The notes: a model not told the origin generated them from the sequence alone. 50,946 nt of DNA from a virus (IMGVR_UViG_3300039098_000131:1-50946), one strand, 5' to 3'. Positions 1 to 8,529 are shown, counted from the first letter of the stretch. Made by a program: numbers and translations.

Positions 1-99
1 GTCTTGGGCATAGATGTTAGCAAGTTTTGAAGTAGGCATTTTAACCTCTAAAGTAATTTTAGGAAAAAAATAGGCGGGTAAGCATTCGTCCCACCTGTG
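1..99. repeat. 99-bp exact direct repeat of the window end (50848..50946), taken as a circular-assembly overlap
   Basis: Read base by base: 1..99 is identical to 50848..50946. Positions 1..39 duplicate the first 13 codons of the capsid ORF on the minus strand. Confidence 0.95.
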
Positions 100-235
100 A
101 ACAAATCCTTCCCGCCTAACGGTAACGAGGTTCGGCCTTACCGAGATCCTCTAAAGGGTCAATCACAAAGCTCGCTTATCTCGGCATAACCGTTAAGCCC
201 CGGCCTTACCGGAACAAGATAAACAATGCTTCAGA
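40..235 (-). promoter_or_regulatory. 196-bp structured non-coding leader between the 161-aa ORF and the major capsid gene
   Basis: No ORF. There are several 6-8 bp stems (120..143, 141..184, 71..118) and the 11-mer CGGCCTTACCG occurs twice (134..144, 201..211). A GAGG RBS lies 7 nt before the capsid ATG at 39..37, which is the copy of 50886..50884. Confidence 0.4.
64..118 (-). terminator. Terminator-like hairpin plus U7 just upstream of the capsid gene RBS
   Basis: On the minus strand TAGGCGGG (118..111) pairs with CCCGCCTA (78..71) and is followed by TTTTTTT (70..64). The 32-nt loop is atypically long for an intrinsic terminator. Confidence 0.3.
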
Positions 236-721
236 TCAATCTACTGCTAGTACTACTTTTGTTTCAACTCTCCTGTGCTTGTTTTGTCGTTTGACATTAG
301 TCAAGAAGTGGAACGCCTCACGCCCACTCATTCTTTTTTCGTATATTGCTATATAATGCGGGGGCTTGCTCAGGCCATACCGTACTCTGGCATGCCCTAT
401 GCGCCAACCGTATACTGTAACCGAAGGAAGTTTTCTCATACCTGGGTTTATAAAATCTCGTCCAGGATTGACCGGCCCTCCCTCCGTTCTTCCAGATCCG
501 CTAATTGCTTCCGAAGGCGCTGCATTCTCCTGTTCAGGTTGTTCAGCTCCTTTACTTTCCTTCTCAGTGTCGCCCGTTCCTTTCGTGTCAATTGATTGCT
601 CGGGCTCAGCATTTTCATTTTCATCGGCAGGCTCCTTGTACTCGCAACTCTCACAGAAAAGCCCGTCCTCAACCTCGGTTAGTATGTCATCGCATACCGG
701 GCACTTATTCTGTTCAGCCAT
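236..721 (-). CDS. Hypothetical protein with an N-terminal zinc ribbon and an acidic linker, in the head module
   Basis: 161-aa ORF. It has CPVC..(x13)..CESC near the N-terminus. Its ATG overlaps the scaffold stop as TAATG, which suggests translational coupling. Confidence 0.6.
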   Translation of the reverse strand: MAEQNKCPVCDDILTEVEDGLFCESCEYKEPADENENAEPEQSIDTKGTGDTEKESKGAEQPEQENAAPSEAISGSGRTEGGPVNPGRDFINPGMRKLPSVTVYGWRIGHARVRYGLSKPPHYIAIYEKRMSGREAFHFLTNVKRQNKHRRVETKVVLAVD

Positions 722-1446
722 TACATGACGCCTCTTACGCTAGTGGGTGTTGTCGTTTGAAGCGGATACTTTTTCCGCATCTCATTGTACTTCTCAGGGT
801 CGGAAAGCCTAAGCTCATTTTGCTTGGACTGATTAGCAGTCTCAGGTTTGAAATGAGCCTCCCAGTCCCCTGCACCACCTGAACTCTCACCGCCAGAACC
901 TCCGCCAGAACTGCCGTTAGCAATAAAAGCTTTGCCTTTACCTTCTTTCCAACCTTCAAAGAATTCCTTGACTGGTTGCCCTGCAATCTGGACGGTCTGC
1001 TCACCGTCGTTCTCACCGTCAATAATCTCAGCGGTGGGATTAATCATTGCAGCAGCAGCTTCGAGTAATACAGGATCAGTAACGCCAGCCTCAACTAATT
1101 GCTTGCTAATCTCATTGTCCACCATGACAACACGAAGAGTCTTGGTGCTGGTTATCAATGACGCCTCTGCTGTCTCGGCGCGTTTCCTAAGATTATCAAT
1201 CTCAGTTTCGGAGTTCTTTCGGACACGATCCAAAACCTCTGCGTGCTTTCCTTCAGCAGTCAAAGCATCTTGCGTGGCCTTCTCGGTTGCCCGGGTAGCG
1301 GCCAATTGCTCGGCTTCCACCTTGTCTTGGGCCTTTTTCATTTTGCCCAGTAGCTCAGTGTTTTTGCCTTTGAGATCCGTGGTGGCAGCTGCGATAGCAT
1401 CGGCGATCTTTTGGTCAAGTTCTGCTTGGGTCATTTCAATCGACAT
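721..1446 (-). CDS. Putative capsid scaffolding protein
   Basis: Ala/Glu/Lys-rich sequence predicted to be a helical coiled coil, with a G/S-rich segment, positioned between head morphogenesis and capsid genes. I prefer the start at 1446 (AAGGA 8 nt upstream) over the ORF-track start at 1455. Confidence 0.55.
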   Translation of the reverse strand: MSIEMTQAELDQKIADAIAAATTDLKGKNTELLGKMKKAQDKVEAEQLAATRATEKATQDALTAEGKHAEVLDRVRKNSETEIDNLRKRAETAEASLITSTKTLRVVMVDNEISKQLVEAGVTDPVLLEAAAAMINPTAEIIDGENDGEQTVQIAGQPVKEFFEGWKEGKGKAFIANGSSGGGSGGESSGGAGDWEAHFKPETANQSKQNELRLSDPEKYNEMRKKYPLQTTTPTSVRGVM

Positions 1447-1681
1447 TTGTAGCATCCTTTTCAGTTATGGGCTGAGCCTCAGCCTCTTTAATAAAAACAT
1501 CAAGTTCAGAAACGAGTACAGTTATCTGAGCCTGGATGATTTGGTTTTTCTTCATTGGGAGGATCGTTATTCCAGTTATCCCGGTAAGGACAGCACCACA
1601 TTCCGTGGTTACCTTTACGTGATTGGCTATCCCATTTTCTGAGACAATCCGCACACCCCTTGAAAGCATTTTCCCGCTCAT
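1436..1681 (-). CDS. Hypothetical head-module protein
   Basis: 81-aa ORF translationally coupled on both sides. No motif recognised. Confidence 0.45.
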   Translation of the reverse strand: MSGKMLSRGVRIVSENGIANHVKVTTECGAVLTGITGITILPMKKNQIIQAQITVLVSELDVFIKEAEAQPITEKDATNVD

Positions 1682-2688
1682 TTGTAATGCTCCTCTATGC
1701 TTTGCACAGTGCGACGTTTACCCGCCTGAGTGTACATTTTATCAAATGTTATCTTGCCATCCCGCAATAACTTAGCCCGCTTTTTACCGAGCACTTCTTC
1801 CTGGAACTTCTTGGGCTGTGTCAAGATCCATTCACCGAATGTCTCATATTTTCCAAGAGTCTGTGAGCGCCCGCTTGGCCCTCTTGCAACCCTTCCAAGA
1901 GAACTCTTAGCTTCGGAGCAAGACATATCAGGAGGCAAGTACAATCTTGCACACCTGCAATTGGGATGAGCCAACAATGGGAACTTCCCTTTGTCCTTGC
2001 ATTTACCATCCAATCCCTGACAATAGTTACAGGTCTTGGTGTCTAACGTGGCAAGCCATATTTCTTTTTCCGAGCCGACAGAATCAGCAACATCTTGCCT
2101 TGCCTGATTTGCTACTGCTTGGATGGATGTCCTAGCAATGGTCTCTGCCTGCCTCATTTGAAGCCCGGTTGAGTTGCGTACCATTTCGGTTATTGCTGCA
2201 ACTGGCAACCCCTCCCGGTATGCTCTAAGCGCTATATTCTTAGAATCGTTTACCCCATTGCCCACAAATCGTGAGATCATGTCTCCCACTGTTGTTTGGT
2301 GTCCTCCACCAAGCCCGGGCATAACCGAAGCATAAGCACTATCAATTACAAGGCTAGTCGCCCTAGCTTCAGCAAATGAAGAAGCCGGCAAACCAAGCGA
2401 CGCATAACCCCGTACTTCCGAGGAGTGGGCGGCAGCAGCTGTTGTAGACTCGTGATTGAATACGATTTCTTCAATTTCTTCGTACCTCGCTAATGAGATT
2501 TGTCTTACTTCCTTCTGCACCCTGGTCAGGATGTTTCTAGTTGTAATCTTATCCGCAAGCATAGCACCCAGTATTTCCTTCTGCATTTTCCGAAGGACTT
2601 TCTGCATGTCGTAACTCGCTCCCCTAGAGAGCTGTTCTAGGCGAACCGTTAATCTGAGTGCTTGGTCTGCGTAATCTTGCATGCTCAT
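1678..2688 (-). CDS. Head morphogenesis / minor capsid protein (Mu F / SPP1 gp7-like)
   Basis: Lies directly after the portal. The C-terminal region has CNYCQGLDGK ... HPNCRC, which is typical of the Mu F-like domain. Confidence 0.75.
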   Translation of the reverse strand: MSMQDYADQALRLTVRLEQLSRGASYDMQKVLRKMQKEILGAMLADKITTRNILTRVQKEVRQISLARYEEIEEIVFNHESTTAAAAHSSEVRGYASLGLPASSFAEARATSLVIDSAYASVMPGLGGGHQTTVGDMISRFVGNGVNDSKNIALRAYREGLPVAAITEMVRNSTGLQMRQAETIARTSIQAVANQARQDVADSVGSEKEIWLATLDTKTCNYCQGLDGKCKDKGKFPLLAHPNCRCARLYLPPDMSCSEAKSSLGRVARGPSGRSQTLGKYETFGEWILTQPKKFQEEVLGKKRAKLLRDGKITFDKMYTQAGKRRTVQSIEEHYK

Positions 2689-2891
2689 ATCCAGGTTACT
2701 GGTGGCTCTTCAGTTTCGAGCTTTATCAATGCCGCCCTTGTTATATAAAGGGTAGCAGTCTCAGTGGCTCCGATCCGAATGGTAAAAGCAAAAGTCTCAG
2801 GTTCGAGTTCAACCGTTGTCTCGGTGTCTTCGCCCTTGAGCCCTTTGGGAATTACTATCGTCTTATTTAGATCACGACCCGCCATTGTCAT
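2685..2891 (-). CDS. Small hypothetical protein between portal and Mu-F-like gene
   Basis: This is the internal ATG at 2891 (AGGA 5 nt upstream) of the 126-aa ORF. The longer version would overlap the portal C-terminus by about 190 nt. Confidence 0.35.
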   Translation of the reverse strand: MTMAGRDLNKTIVIPKGLKGEDTETTVELEPETFAFTIRIGATETATLYITRAALIKLETEEPPVTWI

Positions 2892-4308
2892 CCCCGTCCT
2901 GGTTATCATTGTTGTTGTCATCACCACCAACATCATCCATGGTACCAAGACCTGGAGGCAATGAATCTTCGATCTCGTCAAGCTCCGCTTGTGGGTCTTT
3001 GTGGGGATCGGTGATCTCGCCCTGTGCCAATGCCTTGTAGTATGTGCCATAAGATATGGTGGCACTCATGTAGGCTTGGAGCAACGCTTGCAACATCTGA
3101 GGAGTCATGGATGCCGGGATGAAATCCTTATTCAAAACTAAGGCGACCTTGTCGGGATTTTTTCCGCCCCATTCGACCAGGATTTTCAACACAACAGTCA
3201 ACTCCTCAGACAGCAAATTCACCACCCCTGCCAGTGAGGATGTAGCACTTCCGTAATCAATGTTGGCCCCTGTAGCAGTTTGCTGGATTGCATCGGTGAT
3301 CATCTGGACGGAAAGAGCGGCAATGGTTTCTTCATAGCGCTTTAACTTTGCCGCCACTTTGTCCAGCCCTGCACCCGAGAACTCCAGGTAACCAATTTTG
3401 CAGTTCGGATCATCTGAACCGATCATGCGTGTTGGTCCCAGAAACTTAGGGAAATTCTTACCCTGTGGATCTTCACCAAAAAAGTACGGGGTAGGTAATG
3501 CTGTCATCCTGAGCCCGTGGATCTCGTCAGCGCTCAACTGGTAGTGGTGAAGGTTTAAATCCACAACCTGATCTAACGGTGGTGTCCGCCCTTCAATCCC
3601 GCCGTGAATAACAATTGGTATATAAGTCAACTGCTTGTTTTTCATCTTCGGGATTATGTCACCGCCTATCTGTTCCTCGGACTCATTAAAGAGGCGCTGC
3701 TGATACTTGCCATCCTTCAATTCGAGCACTCGGTATTGGTAGGAATCGGTCCAAGAAAACTCATCCCCTGAGTCATCCTCTGAGATTGATTCTCTCAACA
3801 CCACCATGGTTAGCACATCAACATTACTAATCCGTTCCACTCTCCAATTCAGGATATCCTTTTCACAGTAGTACACCCAGCGAGGTCTTACGCCCTGCTC
3901 TTCAGCCTTTGCCACTGTCATATCCGGGGACACATTGGGAACGTCAACTAGGGTAGCGCCACGCCCTGTAGTCAGGAAACTTGTAAGCAATTGACTTATG
4001 TAAATGTGTATACTTTGTTGCTTGGAATCGATCTTGGTAATAAGCTCTTCTACCTGATCCGCTTCCTCGATATAAGCGTCCTTCCTGGTAACCATTCCGG
4101 TCATTGCTTTATTGGCTTTCTGGGCAAGCATTGAAACTGCAGTACGGTACTTGTATGCCAAGTACTCGTCGTCTTCCTGCTCGGCTAAACGTGGCAAGTA
4201 CTGTTCGGCCCTGAACTTAACCGCAGTCTCGGATTCCATGAAATCTACACACTTTGTCCAAGTGGTGTCCAATAGTGTGTAGTCTCTGTGTGTATTCTTG
4301 ACGCCCAT
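2872..4308 (-). CDS. Portal protein
   Basis: 478 aa, immediately downstream of TerL, with an acidic D/N/G-rich C-terminal tail. Size and position are typical of a portal. Confidence 0.8.
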   Translation of the reverse strand: MGVKNTHRDYTLLDTTWTKCVDFMESETAVKFRAEQYLPRLAEQEDDEYLAYKYRTAVSMLAQKANKAMTGMVTRKDAYIEEADQVEELITKIDSKQQSIHIYISQLLTSFLTTGRGATLVDVPNVSPDMTVAKAEEQGVRPRWVYYCEKDILNWRVERISNVDVLTMVVLRESISEDDSGDEFSWTDSYQYRVLELKDGKYQQRLFNESEEQIGGDIIPKMKNKQLTYIPIVIHGGIEGRTPPLDQVVDLNLHHYQLSADEIHGLRMTALPTPYFFGEDPQGKNFPKFLGPTRMIGSDDPNCKIGYLEFSGAGLDKVAAKLKRYEETIAALSVQMITDAIQQTATGANIDYGSATSSLAGVVNLLSEELTVVLKILVEWGGKNPDKVALVLNKDFIPASMTPQMLQALLQAYMSATISYGTYYKALAQGEITDPHKDPQAELDEIEDSLPPGLGTMDDVGGDDNNNDNQDGDDNGGS

Positions 4309-4317
4309 TCTTTCCCC

Positions 4318-5610
4318 CTAGATTGCCACTCGTCTTATTTTAGCCCTGCCACCCTTGATTGGAAATAGCTTCGCAATCGGGTAAGTGCCGGCGTCTGTTA
4401 TATCATCAAATTTGCCAACGCCCTTTTCTGGCATGCCGTTGTCATCATAGGCTTGCTGTTCAAGAGCTTCAGCGAAGTGCGGTGCCTCGAAGTCATTTAC
4501 CAGCAACCGACGCTGATCCATACCGTTGCAAAGCATGGCGTTTGTTGCTGTCACCCTGTCTTTTATATTAGGGTTAGACTCATTCCTCACAACATGAAAG
4601 CCCGCTAATTGCAGGAGCTTAATATCTGAGGTCGTGGCATTAATCGATTTCCTGTTCTTACCCGTTGCGTCTGGGATTACTGTTATTCCGTGGTCACCCC
4701 ATCTTTCCTGGACCGCCCTTATGCTCCCGGGTGTGTCAATGGTATTGACTAATTCTCCTACCGCGCAAAACCCCTGTGGTCTCCGAACATAAGCAACGAC
4801 GCAGCCGCGCCCGACGTTGAAGTCCATTCCCAATATGAGGTGGTCGCCTTTACGAATAGTCTCCCGGGTACGATTGAGTGTCCGATCATACGAGGTCCAC
4901 ACCCTGCCAGATGTTAAGTTCGTGAACTCTCCATTTATATATGCCTGTATGAGCTGTGGCGGATAGTTGGCCTTTAGTTCGTCAATATAATCATCTGGCA
5001 GGTTGTGAATGTTCGAGTAAGTACTCATTTGAATTAGCAACGATTTCTTTAACGGCTCTTGCTTAAACATTTGATATGTAGCACGGTAACCCTCTGGCGT
5101 AGTAAATGCCGCCATCTGGTTTTTCTTTCTAATTTTCTTTGTCTTGCCGCCGCCCGGTAATTTCATCTTCTTAGCTGGGAATTTGTATCGGCAACGAGCT
5201 TTGCACTTTCGCCAGCCCTCAAGAGCAATATCCGTTTTGAGAATGTCCATTTCATCGAGCAGGAAATCCCCTACTTCGAAACCAACAATCTTACCAGGAT
5301 TGGACAATGATCGGCAAACGATCTTCCCAAGGCCAGCAACAGTAACCACATGATCCCCTCTTGATACATGAATCCGGTAGTTGTGGGTTTCGGCGTACTC
5401 TTCTAGCGCTGGGTACCAAATATCTTTAATCAGGCCATAAGTTGGTGCCGCATATCCGACAGGGACACCCGGGAAGTCTCGTAACAATTTGAAAGCCTTA
5501 ATAACAGCGGTATAGGTCTTGCCTGAACCGAAGCCGGCAACCACAGCCGTTGACTTAGCGCGTGACCAATAGGCCGCGCTCTGAGGGTTAGATAGCTCAA
5601 TCCGTCCCAT
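4318..5610 (-). CDS. terL: Terminase large subunit
   Basis: Walker A-like VVAGFGSGKT near the N-terminus, Walker B-like FLLDEMD, and a C-terminal nuclease-sized domain. 430 aa, upstream of the portal. Confidence 0.88.
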   Translation of the reverse strand: MGRIELSNPQSAAYWSRAKSTAVVAGFGSGKTYTAVIKAFKLLRDFPGVPVGYAAPTYGLIKDIWYPALEEYAETHNYRIHVSRGDHVVTVAGLGKIVCRSLSNPGKIVGFEVGDFLLDEMDILKTDIALEGWRKCKARCRYKFPAKKMKLPGGGKTKKIRKKNQMAAFTTPEGYRATYQMFKQEPLKKSLLIQMSTYSNIHNLPDDYIDELKANYPPQLIQAYINGEFTNLTSGRVWTSYDRTLNRTRETIRKGDHLILGMDFNVGRGCVVAYVRRPQGFCAVGELVNTIDTPGSIRAVQERWGDHGITVIPDATGKNRKSINATTSDIKLLQLAGFHVVRNESNPNIKDRVTATNAMLCNGMDQRRLLVNDFEAPHFAEALEQQAYDDNGMPEKGVGKFDDITDAGTYPIAKLFPIKGGRAKIRRVAI

Positions 5611-6040
5611 CGAGATTATACTCCTTCTCAGGGTTAGAGGTGACTACCTCATGATATTCTGTTAATCTAGTGGTACCGGCCTCGCCGGCTAACCGTTTGA
5701 TCTCAGCAATGACTTTGGCGTTCTGGTGGAACCCATAATGATTCAACAGTTTATCATGTACCTGATTATCAAACCAGGCCTTGGCTAAATTGTATACCTT
5801 TATAAATGATTTCTTTTCTTTTTTCTTGAGATCATCTAAATCCAGAAACAACACATGGCCACATGCTGTATCTGGACTTGATGATTTACGTGCTTGGAAG
5901 AACACTTGAGCAAGTGCCTTTTTACATAATCGCCCCGTGGCCAGGGTGGTTAGTCGCATACGCAGAGCCCGGTCTTTCGCCTCGTCCTTGTCGAGGTGAT
6001 CCCAATACTCTTTATCTGTGCATAACGATCTTTTGGCCAC
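5597..6040 (-). CDS. Putative terminase small subunit
   Basis: 147-aa ORF that overlaps the terL start. GTG start with AAGGA upstream. The call rests on position only. Confidence 0.45.
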   Translation of the reverse strand: MAKRSLCTDKEYWDHLDKDEAKDRALRMRLTTLATGRLCKKALAQVFFQARKSSSPDTACGHVLFLDLDDLKKKEKKSFIKVYNLAKAWFDNQVHDKLLNHYGFHQNAKVIAEIKRLAGEAGTTRLTEYHEVVTSNPEKEYNLDGTD

Positions 6041-6076
6041 TGTTTTTCCTTGATTACGTATTCTTAAGTTATTGTA

Positions 6077-6105
6077 ATCATATCAAACAGTTATACCCAT
6101 TGCAA
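6077..6105 (-). promoter_or_regulatory. Sigma70-like promoter candidate upstream of the packaging/structural operon
   Basis: The minus strand reads TTGCAA (6105..6100), a 17-nt spacer, then TATGAT (6082..6077), about 37 nt upstream of the TerS start. Confidence 0.3.
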
Positions 6106-6108
6106 CCC

Positions 6109-6534
6109 TTATTTTTTCTTTAAGTATTTCAAGTAGTTAGAGCCTCTTATAACTGCAAGAAATACTTCAGGGCTCATAGTAACAGTATCATCCCGGCCCA
6201 GCTTGTACTTCTTTTTCTTTGTAAGTGCCTTGAGCGGCATCATGATTTGCCACTTTTGATGGTTCTTCCTATATGCAAGCACTGGGATTGGATTGCGATC
6301 TGTTACTTGGCTTTTAGCCTGTCGCCACCATGTGTTTATTGTTTGCTGCTCCTGTCGTTTTACTTCAATGGCAAATGGGCGGAGGCCAACAATGTCAGCC
6401 CCGCCAAATTTAACTTGGTCAATATTGCGGCTGAGTTCATCCTGTAAACCGAGACCCGTAGTTATCAGTTTACAGAATTCCCTTTCGCCAGAATGCCCTT
6501 TACTGCGGACACCCTTGTGACTTACTTTCCTCAT
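6109..6534 (-). CDS. PD-(D/E)XK nuclease, putative Holliday-junction resolvase-like
   Basis: GHSGEREF ... GGADIVG ... FAIEVKR gives an E..D..ExK arrangement typical of small archaeal-Hjc-like or PDDEXK resolvases. Confidence 0.55.
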   Translation of the reverse strand: MRKVSHKGVRSKGHSGEREFCKLITTGLGLQDELSRNIDQVKFGGADIVGLRPFAIEVKRQEQQTINTWWRQAKSQVTDRNPIPVLAYRKNHQKWQIMMPLKALTKKKKYKLGRDDTVTMSPEVFLAVIRGSNYLKYLKKK

Positions 6535-6943
6535 TTATATCACTCCGTTCTAGCACTATATCAAAGTCGCCTTGGTATTGTCCCGATACTTCAGCACACT
6601 CGAACTTCTCATGGAGCGTGCCACTATGCCCCTTGTGGATAGCACCGCTATGCTCAAGCCAACATTTCTCGTTATACTTTCGATAAAGCACTTCTATTCT
6701 GTTATTAATTCTCCGTACCCGCAAGTATTCGGTGTCCTTATGTATCGCTTCCCCGCAATAGTCGGTTCCCCTAGTTGCTGGATAAAGTGGGATAGTGTGG
6801 AAATTACCACTTGGCGACCCTGCAATATAAGGTTGGACTCTGGTAGGTAATTCCTTCCTACAATGTCCAATTTTATGCCCATCAAACAACTGGCGTTCTT
6901 TTTTAAAAGCCATACAATCCTTACAATAAATAGGGTTAAGCAT
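6500..6943 (-). CDS. Cys-rich protein, paralogue of 7026..7487 (4-Cys module)
   Basis: CKDC ... GHCRKELPT ... LYPATRGTDYCGE aligns with identical spacing to the upstream gene. I prefer the start at 6943 (GGAG 6 nt upstream) over the GTG at 7054. Confidence 0.5.
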   Translation of the reverse strand: MLNPIYCKDCMAFKKERQLFDGHKIGHCRKELPTRVQPYIAGSPSGNFHTIPLYPATRGTDYCGEAIHKDTEYLRVRRINNRIEVLYRKYNEKCWLEHSGAIHKGHSGTLHEKFECAEVSGQYQGDFDIVLERSDINEESKSQGCPQ

Positions 6944-7025
6944 TTTCATCTCCTTGTATGTTTGGATTGAACCAGATGGGCTGGTAGGCCCCAGCAACAT
7001 CCAGTTCAACCATTGATTATCTATT

Positions 7026-7487
7026 CTAACCTTTTTTAGCCTCGATTTCACCACATGTATCGTTATCGTTTGTCCTGGGATGCAGGTACCTTACTTCACT
7101 ATGCACCCTATCATTGACGGATCGGACCTCAACATGTACGGTGGGCGGATACCGCCGGCATCGACCATACGGTCTGATATTTGGGTACTCAGGGCCACAA
7201 CCACCCTCTGGCAACCAGTACTCACAATTCTTGCATAACCCGCACTCCTCTTTGTCCTCTATAATACCTCCAAGCGATGGGTCATATTCAAGCAGGATAT
7301 GCTTCTTCAAGTACGCTACCCTTTCCTCATGCCACCCATGGTCGAACTGCTGTACCTCTTCGCTTCGTGCCTCTAGGTTGTGGTGATCCATTAGGGCGTG
7401 CTTCTCGTCCGAGAAAACCTTGCAAAAGGAATAAGCCTTTTTCCCCATGTCTCGGAATCTTAACATGCGCTTATTGTATTCAGTCAT
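7026..7487 (-). CDS. Cys-rich protein with C-terminal 4-Cys module
   Basis: CKNCEYW ... GRCRRYPPT ... LHPRTNDNDTCGE. 153-aa ORF. Confidence 0.55.
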   Translation of the reverse strand: MTEYNKRMLRFRDMGKKAYSFCKVFSDEKHALMDHHNLEARSEEVQQFDHGWHEERVAYLKKHILLEYDPSLGGIIEDKEECGLCKNCEYWLPEGGCGPEYPNIRPYGRCRRYPPTVHVEVRSVNDRVHSEVRYLHPRTNDNDTCGEIEAKKG

Positions 7488-7684
7488 GCTGTCTGCCTCA
7501 GTATTTCACGTTTAATAAATGTATTCCCGCAATGTGGACACCCCCTGTAGTATACTGTATCAACACACATCGGACAACGTTGGTCAACCGGGATTGGTGT
7601 TAACACCTTAAACTTTGGCGGTTTAAACTGCTCCCGCAATTGGTTAAACTCTTCCTCACTAAAATATATCCTGGACACAGCCAT
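7484..7684 (-). CDS. Small zinc-ribbon protein
   Basis: CPMC-x9-CPHC. ATGA-type coupling to its neighbours. Confidence 0.5.
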   Translation of the reverse strand: MAVSRIYFSEEEFNQLREQFKPPKFKVLTPIPVDQRCPMCVDTVYYRGCPHCGNTFIKREILRQTA

Positions 7685-7917
7685 TAATCTGGTCTCCCAT
7701 GTGAATATTCCAAATGATCATCCCGGTCTACCTGTATGATTTCAGCACCATGTATCGGGGGAAGTTTTCCATTCTTTATCATGTCCACTGATATGAAGCG
7801 AGCCTTGGATTCCTTCTTTAATTGCATGTATTGATTCTTGCCCACGTACACATAAGCAGGGACATAATTCATCCGCTTAAATGTCTCAATAATTATAGTG
7901 ATTAATGAACTTGGCAT
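7684..7917 (-). CDS. Hypothetical protein
   Basis: 77-aa ORF in a tightly packed co-directional series. Confidence 0.45.
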   Translation of the reverse strand: MPSSLITIIIETFKRMNYVPAYVYVGKNQYMQLKKESKARFISVDMIKNGKLPPIHGAEIIQVDRDDHLEYSHGRPD

Positions 7918-7918
7918 G

Positions 7919-8101
7919 TTATTCCCTGGCTTCTACCTGAAGCCCGTAGTTACTTTTTTTCCTGATTTCCGCTATAGTGGGTCTTGCGTCTTCATCGAAG
8001 TACCAGTCATCTAAGGCGTTAGAAGCCCCACAATTCAGACACCGGTCAGGTGTCCAGGACCCACCACGTACATTATCGCTACCACATATCCCACAAATCA
8101 T
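7919..8101 (-). CDS. Small zinc-ribbon protein
   Basis: CGICG-x14-CLNCG. Confidence 0.5.
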   Translation of the reverse strand: MICGICGSDNVRGGSWTPDRCLNCGASNALDDWYFDEDARPTIAEIRKKSNYGLQVEARE

Positions 8102-8298
8102 TAGCCCACCTCTAACGGGATAAGCCTAGCTGTAATCCCACTATAAATGTAGTGGAAATCCGAAACATTGAAGGTGCCAATAATCCCTTCAGCACCATCA
8201 AGTTTAATGGGCTCACACTTAACGGCAGCATTAACAACCTCGGCCATCAATGCGGGACAAGTAGACGCTGGAATTGTTACTACAATAGACTCTACCAT
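8101..8298 (-). CDS. Hypothetical protein
   Basis: 65-aa ORF coupled to its neighbours. Confidence 0.45.
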   Translation of the reverse strand: MVESIVVTIPASTCPALMAEVVNAAVKCEPIKLDGAEGIIGTFNVSDFHYIYSGITARLIPLEVG

Positions 8299-8301
8299 TT
8301 C

Positions 8302-8529
8302 TTATTTCCTCTTGCGGAGTTTCTTTAGTTTCTTCAACTGTTTCTTTGGTTTCTCATGGTATTTCTTGAACTCAAGGTAAGACTCTTTTTCACATAACGG
8401 GCAAGGTTCATACAGACACCTGCCTTTATGTACAGCCACATCTGAACCATTCGCCTTAAATGCACCTGCTCTTGTACACATAACACATTTAACGGGAATT
8501 TCACCGCATTTTGGACAAAATCTTATCAT
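8302..8529 (-). CDS. Small zinc-ribbon protein with a lysine-rich tail
   Basis: CPKC..CVMC ... CPLC, with a C-terminal KKQLKKLKKLRKRK. It is the first gene after the AT-rich gap. Confidence 0.55.
   Translation of the reverse strand: MIRFCPKCGEIPVKCVMCTRAGAFKANGSDVAVHKGRCLYEPCPLCEKESYLEFKKYHEKPKKQLKKLKKLRKRK

Noticed and set aside
932-1642. 236-aa plus-strand ORF antisense to the scaffold and 81-aa genes
   Set aside because: It is a shadow ORF with a low-complexity Ser/Ala-rich translation. It is fully overlapped by coherent, translationally coupled minus-strand genes and has no RBS context.
2685-3065. Full-length 126-aa version of the small ORF after the portal
   Set aside because: The first ~58 codons would overlap the portal C-terminus out of frame and translate to His/Thr/Met-rich nonsense. 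An internal ATG at 2891 with an AGGA RBS fits better.
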